Below are positions 47,999 to 58,193 of a DNA stretch of 64,000 nt, piece by piece (positions within the stretch are counted from its first letter, which is position 1; each line of letters opens with the position of its first letter). A program made the translations under genes and the position numbers. Source of the stretch: Spirochaetia bacterium (GTDB lineage Bacteria > Spirochaetota > Spirochaetia > DSM-2461). The DNA lies in assembly GCA_963666985.2 (NCBI GenBank), contig CAXXIA010000002.1:1888001-1952000 (forward strand), in the 5' to 3' direction. The notes below the pieces were generated by a model. The model saw only the letters and a program-made list of their open reading frames with translations, made no database searches and had not been told where the DNA came from.

Positions 47999-49159
47999 AT
48001 GCGATATAGGGAACCTTTTACAGTGTATCCCCGGCGTTTACCGTCGGGTCGAATCGTCTATTACTACCAGACATATGATGATCAGGATCGGCGGACGGCG
48101 CCTCGGAGTACGGGCAAGACTTCGAAGGGTGCGGCGCGGCGGTTTTGCTATGACTTGATGCGCACCGATTCGCTTATTCCGCTGAAAGGGCAGGAGCAGT
48201 TCTTCGCGGATTATGCGAAGGGCTGGTGGGAATGGGATACTTGCGAGTATCTGGCTTATCGGCGAACGCGGCGGCAGATCAGCCGGAGGTCTGCTTATAC
48301 GGCCCGGGGGAATTTGAAGAATCATATTCTTCCATTCTTTGCTAGGAAGCGTTTGAAGGAAATCACCCGGTACTCGATTGAACGCTGGATTGTCACCTTG
48401 CAGGATAAGGGCCTGAAGAACGCAACGATTAATGTGTGTCTGTCGAATCTTAGCGTCATGCTCGGCTTCGCGGTTCAGAAGGATCTTCTGAAAGACAATC
48501 CTGCGAAGAAGGTCACCCAACTGAAGAACACATCCAGGAGACGAGACATTCTTTCAAGCAAAGAGGTGCAGGAGCTCTTCAACGAGAATTCGATTGAGGA
48601 TCTCTGGGGACAGCGGATGTACTATGTCGCGAACCTCCTGGCGGCCTGTACAGGGATGCGTATCGGTGAGATTGTCGGCGTCCGCGGTTCAAGTCTCAAG
48701 GAGGGGTACATTTTGGTGGATAAGCAATACCGACCGCCCTATGGGCTTATCAATACCAAGACGAACGACATTCGGATCATTCCGCTTCCGGACGTACTGA
48801 TGGACGAGCTCCAATTGCTTCGCGAGAGTGCCAAGGTTGGAGACGGTTATCTCTTTTCGATCACTTCGGGGGAGAAGCCGGTGATGGGACAGACGATCAA
48901 TGAGAAGCTGCGCCGGGCTATGGTGAAGATCGGGATATCCGAAGAGCAGCAGGAGGAGCGGTATATTCCCTTCCACTCCTGGCGGCACTACTTCAACACG
49001 ATCTTGCGTAGCAACAACATCTCCGACGGCAAAGTGCAGAGCCTGACCGGTCACAAGAACAAGGTGATGACAGAGCACTATACCCACTTCAAACCGGAGG
49101 ATTACGCGGACGTAAGAGCTGTGCAGAACAAGATTATATCGTTTTCAAGAGCTGCCTAA
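47999..49159 (+). CDS. Tyrosine recombinase, phage/island type (not IntI)
   Basis: TGMRIGE, K in NTKTN, FHSWRH, LTGH, TEHY; N-terminal arm-binding-like extension; no IntI-specific insertion. Confidence 0.92.
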   Translation: MRYREPFTVYPRRLPSGRIVYYYQTYDDQDRRTAPRSTGKTSKGAARRFCYDLMRTDSLIPLKGQEQFFADYAKGWWEWDTCEYLAYRRTRRQISRRSAYTARGNLKNHILPFFARKRLKEITRYSIERWIVTLQDKGLKNATINVCLSNLSVMLGFAVQKDLLKDNPAKKVTQLKNTSRRRDILSSKEVQELFNENSIEDLWGQRMYYVANLLAACTGMRIGEIVGVRGSSLKEGYILVDKQYRPPYGLINTKTNDIRIIPLPDVLMDELQLLRESAKVGDGYLFSITSGEKPVMGQTINEKLRRAMVKIGISEEQQEERYIPFHSWRHYFNTILRSNNISDGKVQSLTGHKNKVMTEHYTHFKPEDYADVRAVQNKIISFSRAA

Positions 49160-49623
49160 AACCGGGTGTCCGCTCTCGACGGATCCCGACCTGACCGGGG
49201 GCCCAAACCGAACCGGGCCGCCTCCCCGGCTGGGCGGGGGGGAATGGATTTACCCGTTACGCCAAATCTCCCGGCGCCGGCTATCCATTGCGATTTCGAC
49301 TTCAAGGAGTTCTTTTCCCGCCGACCGATACCGGGGATGTTCCGGCGGATAGAGTTCCCAGGTTTTCGGATGGCGGAACCCGTTGCACAGGATGAACCGC
49401 TTCCTTGCCCACAACTCATACAAACCTCTCATTTCATACCCTCCGAATGAGTGAAAAAATCTTCCATTGGGAAGAGAGCCGCCCCTTCCAACGGCTTGAC
49501 TGCCAATTCCTGGTCCCGGGAAGGTTCGGTCAAGGCCGCCGAAGGCGCCCGGAGGGCTCGGCCTTGACGGGTTCTTCCCGGGGCAGGACACTGCAAAAAG
49601 CCGGAGGAAGGAGCTACAACTGT

Positions 49624-49917
49624 ATGGGGTATCAGTTCGAAGAGAAGGAAGCCGAACTTTTTCGACGCATCGATGAGGTTTTATTCTATCTCTGGGATCC
49701 CATCGGAGTATCGACAGACATCAGTCCCAGGGACGAATACCGATCTTATCTTCCCAAGGTCTTCAACCTGGCGAATTCGGAAGGCGCCGAACAAGAACTT
49801 TCAGATTACCTCTACTCTGTTGAAACGAGTGACATCGGCGTACGCGGAAGCCGGCAGCGCTGCGATGAAATTGCCTCTTTGGTGACAAAGCCCGCAAGGA
49901 CATATCGAGAGAGTTAG
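49624..49917 (+). CDS. Small hypothetical protein
   Basis: GGAG RBS; WDPIGV...DEY.SY pattern; start reassigned from ORF 49405. Confidence 0.6.
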   Translation: MGYQFEEKEAELFRRIDEVLFYLWDPIGVSTDISPRDEYRSYLPKVFNLANSEGAEQELSDYLYSVETSDIGVRGSRQRCDEIASLVTKPARTYRES

Positions 49918-50051
49918 GGAACTTCCTACCAATACGAAAAACCGATTATCGATACTCTCCCTTCCAAGAGAAGGCAATCCTTGACGTTGCTTTTCGCTTC
50001 GATGCGTCGCCGGAAAGGGCGGACGACTTTCCGGCGGCAAGGAGGTATCCC

Positions 50052-50249
50052 GTGGAAGAACTACTGACAGTGAAAGAGGCGGCGAAGGCCTTGAGACTGA
50101 AGCCGTCGACGATTTATGCGTATGCCGAGAAGGGGATTCTTCCTTGCACGAAGCTGGGGAGTCGGCTGCTGTTCCAGAAGTCGAGGCTTGAGGAATGGGT
50201 GGAGAAGAATTCGCATCCGGGGCAGACGCCGGGACGGTTCGATGGATGA
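50052..50249 (+). CDS. Excisionase-like HTH DNA-binding protein
   Basis: LLTVKEAA..L......IY.....G.LP..KLG....F....LEEW; AAGGAGG RBS. Confidence 0.85.
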   Translation: MEELLTVKEAAKALRLKPSTIYAYAEKGILPCTKLGSRLLFQKSRLEEWVEKNSHPGQTPGRFDG

Positions 50250-50751
50250 GCGGAGGCCGGATGCGGAGTTGGCTTTCATCGAGGAGGAGAGCTGGCTGCG
50301 GCAGCCGGGGGAGACGGGACCAGCGTTTCGTGCCTTCTGTCTGTATCGGGATTTCGGTGGGGACCGGTCGATCAAGAAGGCGATGGAAGCGAACGGGGTT
50401 CCGAGCGGCCGGAGTGGGATTTGGTGCGCGTGGAGCCGGAAGCATCAGTGGGTTCGGAGGTGCGGGGACTACGATCAGCATCTGGAGTATATCCGAAGGC
50501 TCGCGAAGGAGAACGCATTTCGGGAGAGGGAAGAGGCGCATCTGAAGGTCTCGAAGAAGATGCTCGAGATCATCGAATCGCGACTGGACGGGTTCAAGCC
50601 GAAGGATTTGAGCCAGGGGAACTTGGTGGACTGGCTGAAAACGGCCGTGGGCGTGGAGACCGAGACGTTCCTGCGCGAGGTTGAGGACGGGAAGCCGGGT
50701 ACGATGAAGCAACTGGAGATTTCCTTTTTCGAGGACTTCCGGGGGGTATGA
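50242..50751 (+). CDS. Phage-related protein, possibly terminase small subunit
   Basis: W.RQPGET..AF.AFC.YRD.G..RS motif; overlaps the terminase large subunit start. Confidence 0.55.
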   Translation: MDERRPDAELAFIEEESWLRQPGETGPAFRAFCLYRDFGGDRSIKKAMEANGVPSGRSGIWCAWSRKHQWVRRCGDYDQHLEYIRRLAKENAFREREEAHLKVSKKMLEIIESRLDGFKPKDLSQGNLVDWLKTAVGVETETFLREVEDGKPGTMKQLEISFFEDFRGV

Positions 50752-51659
50752 GGTTCAAGCCGACTGAGGCGCAGCGGCGGGCTTTGGATCTGATCAAGTC
50801 AGGAGCGAAGCACGTCCTGATTTTCGGGGGGAGCCGGAGCGGGAAGACGACTCTGCTGGTGATGGTGATTATCTTCCGGTGTTTGGCGTATCCGGGAAGT
50901 CGTCATCTGATCTGCCGGCTGAAGTTGAAGGATGCCAAGAGCTCGGTGCTGCATGAGACCTTGGTGCCGTGGCTGGAGCGGACCTGTGGCCGAGGTCACT
51001 TCAAATACTACCGGCATGAGAACTTCATCAAGCTGGAGAACGGATCGGAGATTTGGATCGGGGGATTGGGCGACCGAGAACAGGTGGAGCGGATCCTGGG
51101 TCATGAGTACAACACGATTTATTTCAATGAGGTGAGCCAGCTTTCCTACCATGCGGTGACCACCGCGTATTCGCGGCTGGCGATGAAGATTCCGGGGTGC
51201 CGGAATCTTTTTTTGTATGACTGCAACCCGGCCTCGCCGCTGCACTGGGCGTATCGGATCTTCGTGCGTAAGGTCAGCTTCCGGATCGACGAACCGCTGG
51301 GCAAGCCCGAGCTCTACGCGTCGATGCTGATGAATCCGGAGGACAACCGGGAGAACCTGGACGAGGACTACATCGAGGGGATTCTGGACGACCTGCCGGA
51401 GAAGCAGAAGGCGCGGTTCCGGTTCGGCCAGTGGGTGAAGGGCGAAGGCTGCATCTATGAGAAGTTCACTGAGGAGATGATACTTGATCCGGAGGATCTG
51501 CCCGAAATGGACTACTACTCCGGCGGCCTGAATTTCGGGATGAATATGGCCGCGGTGAAGGTGGGGCACCACAGTGACGCGGTCAATATCACTGATGATA
51601 ACGACGGCTATAACATCATTGTCAAAATCTTCGACGAGAACCTAAGAGATTCCGGATGA
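50748..51659 (+). pseudogene. terL: Phage terminase large subunit, C-terminally truncated
   Basis: GGSRSGKT Walker A, YFNEVSQ, CNPA; only 303 aa, nuclease domain breaks off near 51570. Confidence 0.75.
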
Positions 51660-51703
51660 CATGAGCACGGTGAAGAAGTCTGTGAGGTTGCATGGGACGG
51701 GTT

Positions 51704-53449
51704 TCACTTCAAGGTTGTTGCACACAAGGAATTGCGGGCGGCTTCTTTAACTATTGGAACCAATGGTGGTGCAACGCTAAGTGTTCTGATCCCACACTGC
51801 AGTAGCTTTGGAATGTATTCAGGTCGTCCTGCAAGTTCACCGCATACGGAAAGTGGTACATCAGGCACATCATTATGAGTTATTTCAATGAGTCTAAATA
51901 TGGCATCGGCGGCATCGTTATAGTAACGCTCTACTGCCGCATTTTCCCTATCAGCAGCAAAAACATATTGTGTAAGGTCGTTGGTCCCGAAACTCAGGAA
52001 GTCACTGTGTTGAACTATCTCTCGCGCTGAAAGAGCTGCTGCCGGTGTTTCTATCATGGCTCCCAGTTTGGGGAGGGTAAATATCTGCAGTTCAGAACCC
52101 ATATTCATAAGTTCCTTTTTTACTGCTGCGACGTCTTCTGCCAGTGTGACCATGGGAACCAGAATACGCACGTCGTATTCCTTGGAGATTTTCAGTATTG
52201 CCCGTAGATTCGTTCGTAACAGTTCGGGATATTTGCGAAGCAACCGGATGCCTCGACGCCCTAAGGAGGGATTTGATTCCGCTAAGAACTTCAGGAAAGG
52301 TAAAGGTTTATCGGTGCCGACATCCAGAAGACGGATATAGACTGTGCGGTCCCTCGCCGCTTCGAGTGTCTGACGCATCTCAGCGAGAAGTTCCTCCGTA
52401 TTGGGAGGTACGGCGCGTCCCAGGTATGCCCGCTCCATACGGTATAACCCGACGCCTTCTGCTCCGTTCAACATGGCCCTTTGGGTATCGTCGCTACATC
52501 CCACGTTGGCAAGTACGGTGATCGTTACATCATCTTTCGTAACTGCAGGGCCCAGAGCAAGCTGTCGTGCCAAGTGTTGAGCATTTTCATTCTTTTCAAC
52601 CTTTCTCTTGAATATAAGTTTTTCTTCTTCCTTGGGATTAATCGTGACTGTTCCTGTGTTTGCATCCACAAGAGCCAGAGCGCCATCGGGAACCGTGATC
52701 AGAAGATTAGAGAGTTCGGAGATGCATGGTAGGCCCATTTCGCGTGCAAACAAAGCAGCATGAGAGCCAATAGTCCCGTATTCCAGGAGAACAGCCGAGG
52801 TGGATCGATCAGCGAGAAAAACAGTATCGGACGGAAGCAAACGCGAAATCGCGAGAACACTGCCATCAGGAATCTTGCTTAGCGGGTGACCCGTGATCCC
52901 CGCAAGGGCATTGGACAGGCGGATAGAAACATCCCGCATATCATCGCTTTTATCTCTGGCTATCTGCGACTCCATCAACAGGAATCGTTTCTCCCAGCGT
53001 AAGAACACGGTCTTTACGGCACTATTGGCAGTTACCAGGTTGTCTAGAATTTCCTTTCTTAATTCCTCTCGTAATGAAGTGTCATTTGCTATGAGTTTAT
53101 GGACCTCGAAAACATTGGCAAGCCTGGAATCGATTTCCCTTTCGACTCGGGTTGCCAGGGTGATGAGATCATCCGAAATCTTCGCGGTAGCGACATCAAG
53201 ACGCGAAAACTCTTCTTCGACGTTGTGATCCCCGTCCATCGGAGCATCTATTGGGCCAAGAATGCTGCGGTGGACATGCACAATCCCTTCCGAAAGCCCA
53301 GGCGAGATCGGAGTCCCTTGGAGAATCAATACCGAATGTTCCTTTGACACGAATTGTCCTCCCGTATGCCACACAATCAAGTATATGAAATCAAATGGGG
53401 AAAAAGCGGCCTCATCATCTTTCAGCATATCCGATACTCCTGCTTTCAT
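51704..53449 (-). CDS. ptsI: PEP-protein phosphotransferase (PTS enzyme I)
   Basis: SHAAL phospho-His, GVGLYRME, RLLDVG.DK, NPSLG.RGIR, MIETPAAA, GTNDLTQY, CGELAG; start uncertain. Confidence 0.9.
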   Translation of the reverse strand: MKAGVSDMLKDDEAAFSPFDFIYLIVWHTGGQFVSKEHSVLILQGTPISPGLSEGIVHVHRSILGPIDAPMDGDHNVEEEFSRLDVATAKISDDLITLATRVEREIDSRLANVFEVHKLIANDTSLREELRKEILDNLVTANSAVKTVFLRWEKRFLLMESQIARDKSDDMRDVSIRLSNALAGITGHPLSKIPDGSVLAISRLLPSDTVFLADRSTSAVLLEYGTIGSHAALFAREMGLPCISELSNLLITVPDGALALVDANTGTVTINPKEEEKLIFKRKVEKNENAQHLARQLALGPAVTKDDVTITVLANVGCSDDTQRAMLNGAEGVGLYRMERAYLGRAVPPNTEELLAEMRQTLEAARDRTVYIRLLDVGTDKPLPFLKFLAESNPSLGRRGIRLLRKYPELLRTNLRAILKISKEYDVRILVPMVTLAEDVAAVKKELMNMGSELQIFTLPKLGAMIETPAAALSAREIVQHSDFLSFGTNDLTQYVFAADRENAAVERYYNDAADAIFRLIEITHNDVPDVPLSVCGELAGRPEYIPKLLQCGIRTLSVAPPLVPIVKEAARNSLCATTLK

Positions 53450-53603
53450 CGGTATACAAAATGGAATATTGAGGTGAGAGCAGCGATTTCACTGTGAATC
53501 AAACAGAACACTTGGGCATTCGGGTTCAATCCGGCTGATTTCTCAAGTTAATTACACTCTATTACAGGTTCTTCATCGAGAATGGCATATTCTTTCCGCA
53601 CTA

Positions 53604-53622
53604 TGTGCGTTGTCGAACAGAC
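53604..53622 (+). promoter_or_regulatory. Candidate Crp/Fnr-type activator box
   Basis: TGTGCGTTGTCGAACAGAC, 18 nt before TACTCT; similar boxes at 53990 and 57738. Confidence 0.45.
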
Positions 53623-53664
53623 CACTAGCCGGCAAAAGCGTACTCTTCATTGACAGGAGAGCAT

Positions 53665-53922
53665 ATGGACAAGATCGATAAAGTTGCAAATCCTTTTGTG
53701 GAAAAAATCATCATGTTCATGGCCAATAAAAAGATGTGGGTGTTCTGGACTCTTTACACCATCGTGAGCGGAGTACTGTTCGGTGTGCTGTATGGAGCTT
53801 TCCGCCTAGTAGCGCAACGATGGTGGATTGCTCCGATCATTATCATCGGGATCGGACTTATCTGGGGCACATCTCAATATTCGGCAATGAAGTCTACATT
53901 GCAGTCGGAAAAGGCAGCATGA
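53665..53922 (+). CDS. Small membrane protein
   Basis: CAGGAG RBS; two hydrophobic segments. Confidence 0.6.
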   Translation: MDKIDKVANPFVEKIIMFMANKKMWVFWTLYTIVSGVLFGVLYGAFRLVAQRWWIAPIIIIGIGLIWGTSQYSAMKSTLQSEKAA

Positions 53923-54059
53923 TCCTGAGCCGGCGAATCCTTAAGCCTGTGGGATAGAAGATGCCTTCATTTTTCAAGATTCAGCCGTGCTTGCGCTAGC
54001 TAACGGACAGTTCTTAAGTTTTGGGATCACCATAAACAGTTTATAAGGAGAGAAAGAGC

Positions 54060-54374
54060 ATGGGAGAAAAACGAGATGCCTACGTGGCGAAAATGGGGAA
54101 TAAGCTGCGCAAGTGGAGCGCCGAGATCGACAAAATGGAAGCCAAGGCTCGGGAGGTAGGAGTCGGAAGCCTACAGGATTTCCAAAAACAGGTTGTAGAC
54201 CTGCAATGCAAGCGGAAGGAAATCAACCATAAGCTCGAAGATCTCCGTCATGTTGGGGAAGCCAAGTGGAGGGATATGAAAACCGACGTTGACTCCGCGT
54301 GGAAAATTTTGGATAAGGCCGTACATTCCGCAATGGCAACTTTTAAGGAATCAAGCCTTCCAGAACAATCATAA
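54060..54374 (+). CDS. Coiled-coil protein (sll1863-like stress family)
   Basis: RDAYV.KM...L.KW.AEIDK.EAKA...W..MK..VD.AW. Confidence 0.65.
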   Translation: MGEKRDAYVAKMGNKLRKWSAEIDKMEAKAREVGVGSLQDFQKQVVDLQCKRKEINHKLEDLRHVGEAKWRDMKTDVDSAWKILDKAVHSAMATFKESSLPEQS

Positions 54375-54586
54375 CGATTCAAACCTATCCATTCACGGCA
54401 GGTTGGCAGGTTCCCGGTGAAGAATATTCTCCCCTCCAATTAGCCGCCATTCAATCGTGGGAGGAGTTGTCCGCCTGAATGACTCGTCAAATTTCGATGG
54501 ACAGACTCAGTGCAAGGAGGCGTAAATCAATCGCTCTGGGTAGTTGAATCGAAACAGCTTTAACCGAAAATAGCAAGGAGTATCAG

Positions 54587-55090
54587 ATGGCTCAGAAAGA
54601 AAAAAAACAAGTGTGGATTAATCGTGTTTTGGCGTTCCTGTTCGGTGGCCTCGTGGTTTTTGCCGTGATGAGCTTGGCTGTGACAGTGCCGGTGAAATCC
54701 CGGAACGCCACTCTGACGAAGCAGATCGACGAAATCCAATATGGCGCGGCTAGGCTGCTCGACGAGGCCAATGCGTTCATCCTGATCGGTTCTTACGAGA
54801 AGGCGAAAAGTTCATTGGAGTCCCTTTTCGAGAAGCATCCGGCTTCCCTCGAAGCGGCTGAGGGCACAGCCCTTTACGTGGAGATTGAAGCAACGTTGCA
54901 CGAAAGCGAAATGAAATGGGACGCCGCTGTCGAAACAGTTAAAACTGCCTGGGAAAGTACGAGAGCCGAGGAGATTAGAGCGGAATTCGAGCAAAAAAGA
55001 GTACTGATGGAGACGACAATGTCAGAAACACTGGCCAAGGAGTGGGAAAAATCGGAAGCCACGGTCCGGGAGGAGTGGGAGAAATTGTAG
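54587..55090 (+). CDS. Hypothetical membrane-anchored helical protein
   Basis: AAGGAG RBS; one N-terminal TM helix then TPR/coiled-coil-like region. Confidence 0.7.
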   Translation: MAQKEKKQVWINRVLAFLFGGLVVFAVMSLAVTVPVKSRNATLTKQIDEIQYGAARLLDEANAFILIGSYEKAKSSLESLFEKHPASLEAAEGTALYVEIEATLHESEMKWDAAVETVKTAWESTRAEEIRAEFEQKRVLMETTMSETLAKEWEKSEATVREEWEKL

Positions 55091-55236
55091 GTGACTCGAC
55101 CGGTATCATCCGGTAAAAGCCCGCTCGCATGAGCGGGCCGATAGCTCGAGTATTATCACGAACGTCGGTTGACTTTCCACGGCGCCTTCTCCTATATTTT
55201 AAACCTTGCTGGAGGTCGCTTATAGCCAAGGCAGCC

Positions 55237-55959
55237 GTGCAATCTGTCCATCCCAATGAACGTCAGAACCATCTGCTCGCGGTACTTCCAGAACCGGAGC
55301 GTATACGGTTGTTTCCTCAGATGGAATTGGTTGATATGCCCCTCGGACATACGCTTTATGAGTCCGGCGACCAACTAGAATACGTGTTTTTTCCTACTAC
55401 CGCCATTGTGTCTCTGCTCTACATCCTGGAAGATGGCGCCTCGGCGGAGATCGCTGTCGTCGGAAACGAAGGAATCGTGGGAGTCGCGCTGTTCATGGGA
55501 GGCGAGACTATGCCGAACCGTGCAGTCGTTCAGAGCGAAGGCCGCGCCTATCGGCTGCCGGGCCGGGTTCTCAAGGAGGAATTCAACCGCGGGGGTGCTC
55601 TGCAGCATTTATTGCTGCGCTATACGCTCGCGATGCTGACCCAGATGGCGCAAACCGCCGTCTGCAATCGTCATCATTCCGTAGACCAACAACTGTGCCG
55701 GTGGTTGCTCCTCAGTCTCGATCGTCTCCCGACGAATGAACTCCGAATGACCCAAGAGCTGATCGCAAATATGCTTGGAGTTCGACGAGAGGGAGTCACC
55801 GAGGCTGCCGGCAAACTCCAAAGGGCGGGACTAATCCACTACCATCGCGGCCGAATCACCGTACTCGACCGACCCGGTCTTGAAGCGCGCGTTTGCGAAT
55901 GCTATGAAGTCGTCAGGCAGGAGTTTTTCCGCTTGCTCCCCGATACCGAAGCTGAATAA
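55237..55959 (+). CDS. Crp/Fnr family transcriptional regulator
   Basis: NHLLA.LP, EIAVVGNEG, CRWLL, TQELIANMLGVRREGVTEAA; start approximate. Confidence 0.92.
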   Translation: MQSVHPNERQNHLLAVLPEPERIRLFPQMELVDMPLGHTLYESGDQLEYVFFPTTAIVSLLYILEDGASAEIAVVGNEGIVGVALFMGGETMPNRAVVQSEGRAYRLPGRVLKEEFNRGGALQHLLLRYTLAMLTQMAQTAVCNRHHSVDQQLCRWLLLSLDRLPTNELRMTQELIANMLGVRREGVTEAAGKLQRAGLIHYHRGRITVLDRPGLEARVCECYEVVRQEFFRLLPDTEAE

Positions 55960-56166
55960 TCGTTTTTCTCGGGACAGAGGCGGGAGTAATTCGAAGGATT
56001 AACGGCCAGGGCATTTTGAGAATCGGCCCTATCTTGATTTCCGATCGAAGGGCCATTCAAGGATTTTCAGTATTTCAATCAGTTAGGCTGAAATGATAAA
56101 TGGCTGAGTATCCGAAGTATCTGGAAACATACAAACCCATAAGCAATTATTGGGATTCCCCGGATC

Positions 56167-57705
56167 TTAACCGGCCCGGATGCCCGAAAGAGTTGCCGGG
56201 GGTTCGGCGATGACCGTGAGTTGTTCGGCCACTTTCCGAAAATGGAAACCATAGACGGACATACGGAGAACCTCGACGATCGCCCTGGGATGTCTCCTCA
56301 ACACGAACAGCATGAGCTTCCAAAAGTAGCGACGGCTACGTCCGACAATGCCGATGCGCCAGAACACACGAAGAAGAGCACCAAGGTTTCTCCGATCGGG
56401 GTTCTTTGGGCCGTATTTTGGCGCACGATACTCCGATAGGAACATCCGAATGCGGTTGAAATACTCCTTGGGCGAATATATGGTGCCGACAATGCGTCGA
56501 TAGCCTCTCCGAAGTACATCCCGATCGAGCAGCGGTCGAAAGTTGAGTTCACCGTCGGAATTGTTCCCGGATGTCTTGTGCTCGATTCGTCCTTCGTTCT
56601 CCAGCCGGCTGTAGAGCTTCGTCCCGGTTTCTGCCGTGAGAAGGCCCACCATGGCGACCACGATGCCGCTTTCCTGGATAAATTCGATCTGTCGGTCGAA
56701 CATTTCGGGAGTATCGTTGTCAAAACCGACGATGAAGCCGGCACTGACTTCCAGACCTTTGCGCTGTAGATACTTGACTGCTTCGATAAGGTTTCGGTCT
56801 ATGTTCTGGATTTTTCCGCACTCGTGGAGATTCGATTCTTCCGGTGTTTCGATGCCGACGAACACAGTGTGAAATCCGGCCTCTACCATGGCCTCTACGA
56901 GTGATTCGTCATCAACTAAGTTGATCGATACCTCAGTTGTGAAGGAATATGGCATTCCGCGCTCTTTTGACCACTGTGTCAGCGCCGGCAGGAGGTCGTT
57001 CTTGAGCTTCTGTCGGTTGCCAATGAAATTATCGTCCACGATAAAGACCGGTCCACGCCAACCGAAGTCATAAAGCGTATCCAGTTCTTTGATGAATTGA
57101 CCGGTTTGCTTGCATCGAGGCTTGCGGCCGAACATCATGGTGATGCTGCAAAACTCGCAGTCGAACGGGCAGCCCCTCGAGTATTGGACATCGATCGAGG
57201 CGTAGGCCGAGAGGTCCAGAAGTCCCCATTCGGGAATCGGCGTAGCGTCGAGATTAGGGAAGCGATTCGAGGAGTGTATCGAGGTATAAATACGGCGAGG
57301 ATGGCCATTGACGACATCGGCAAGGAATTCCGGAAGGGTCATTTCCGCTTCATTCAAGACGAAATGGTCGACATTCTTGATGGTTTCATGATGAAGGGTG
57401 CAGTATGGACCGCCGCCGACGACTTTCACTCCCAGACGGTTACAACGCAATGCGATTTCTTCGAATGATCTCCGGTGAAGATCCATGCCGCTGAGGAACA
57501 CGTAATCGGCCCAGCGAATGTCAACGTCATGGAGGTCGGTGACGTTCGTGTCGACTAAACGTCTGTTCCAATGTCTCGGGAGCATCGCCGCGACCGTTAT
57601 GAGTCCGAGGGGCGGTTCGGCGGCCCGTTTTCCGACAAAATCCACTGCATAAGTCATGCTCCAGAAAGTGACCGGGGTTTTCGGATAGATTAAAAGAATA
57701 TTCAT
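56167..57705 (-). CDS. B12-binding radical SAM protein (DUF4070/HpnP-like)
   Basis: PPLGLITVAAMLP, SRGCPFDCEFC, VDDNFIGN, GFIVGFDND. Confidence 0.9.
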   Translation of the reverse strand: MNILLIYPKTPVTFWSMTYAVDFVGKRAAEPPLGLITVAAMLPRHWNRRLVDTNVTDLHDVDIRWADYVFLSGMDLHRRSFEEIALRCNRLGVKVVGGGPYCTLHHETIKNVDHFVLNEAEMTLPEFLADVVNGHPRRIYTSIHSSNRFPNLDATPIPEWGLLDLSAYASIDVQYSRGCPFDCEFCSITMMFGRKPRCKQTGQFIKELDTLYDFGWRGPVFIVDDNFIGNRQKLKNDLLPALTQWSKERGMPYSFTTEVSINLVDDESLVEAMVEAGFHTVFVGIETPEESNLHECGKIQNIDRNLIEAVKYLQRKGLEVSAGFIVGFDNDTPEMFDRQIEFIQESGIVVAMVGLLTAETGTKLYSRLENEGRIEHKTSGNNSDGELNFRPLLDRDVLRRGYRRIVGTIYSPKEYFNRIRMFLSEYRAPKYGPKNPDRRNLGALLRVFWRIGIVGRSRRYFWKLMLFVLRRHPRAIVEVLRMSVYGFHFRKVAEQLTVIAEPPATLSGIRAG

Positions 57706-57737
57706 CAGTTGCAAGCATAGGATGGTGGAATATGGAT

Positions 57738-57756
57738 GTCTGTGCGGTATCACACA
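57738..57756 (-). promoter_or_regulatory. Candidate Crp/Fnr-type activator box
   Basis: Minus strand TGTGTGATACCGCACAGAC, 18 nt before TATGCT, upstream of the radical SAM gene. Confidence 0.45.
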
Positions 57757-58193
57757 AATTCGGAGGATTGAGTCATATTCTCTCCAATTCGCCTTCGATA
57801 TATTTGAAATGGGAAATTGCGGATAGAGAGTCGAGCGAAATCCATCGTCAGCGGAGGTTGATGTCAAATTATTTTTTGCATGAGTTGAAAAGCCTTAGCT
57901 AGCGGCTAATTCGTGGAGTTCCTTTTATATTGAAACGGTGCCACTGCTTGAAAGATCCGGTGAGTTCCGAACATGGCTACTTTTTGCTCCCGTTCATACA
58001 TTATACTTCAAGAGCTGGTTGATGATGTTCCTATTACAGAAAAATCCGTTCTTTCTCCCGGTAGGGTTGCGTTTGTTTCGGCAATCGCAGGGGTGGTAAT
58101 TCGGTTTAGTGAAGTCATTTGGCGGCTAAAACGGAAATATCAAAACGTTGCCTGAGAATAGATCAGGGCCGACCGGCTCAAAAGGCAGTAAAA

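Noticed and set aside
47999..49159. Calling the recombinase an integron integrase (intI)
   Set aside because: It lacks the IntI-specific insertion between the catalytic Lys and HxxR, has a phage-type N-terminus, sits at the distal end of the array, and is followed by xis and terminase genes
49801..51572. Long antisense ORFs 49801..50712 and 50799..51572
   Set aside because: They are shadows of GC-rich plus-strand phage genes that carry recognisable motifs
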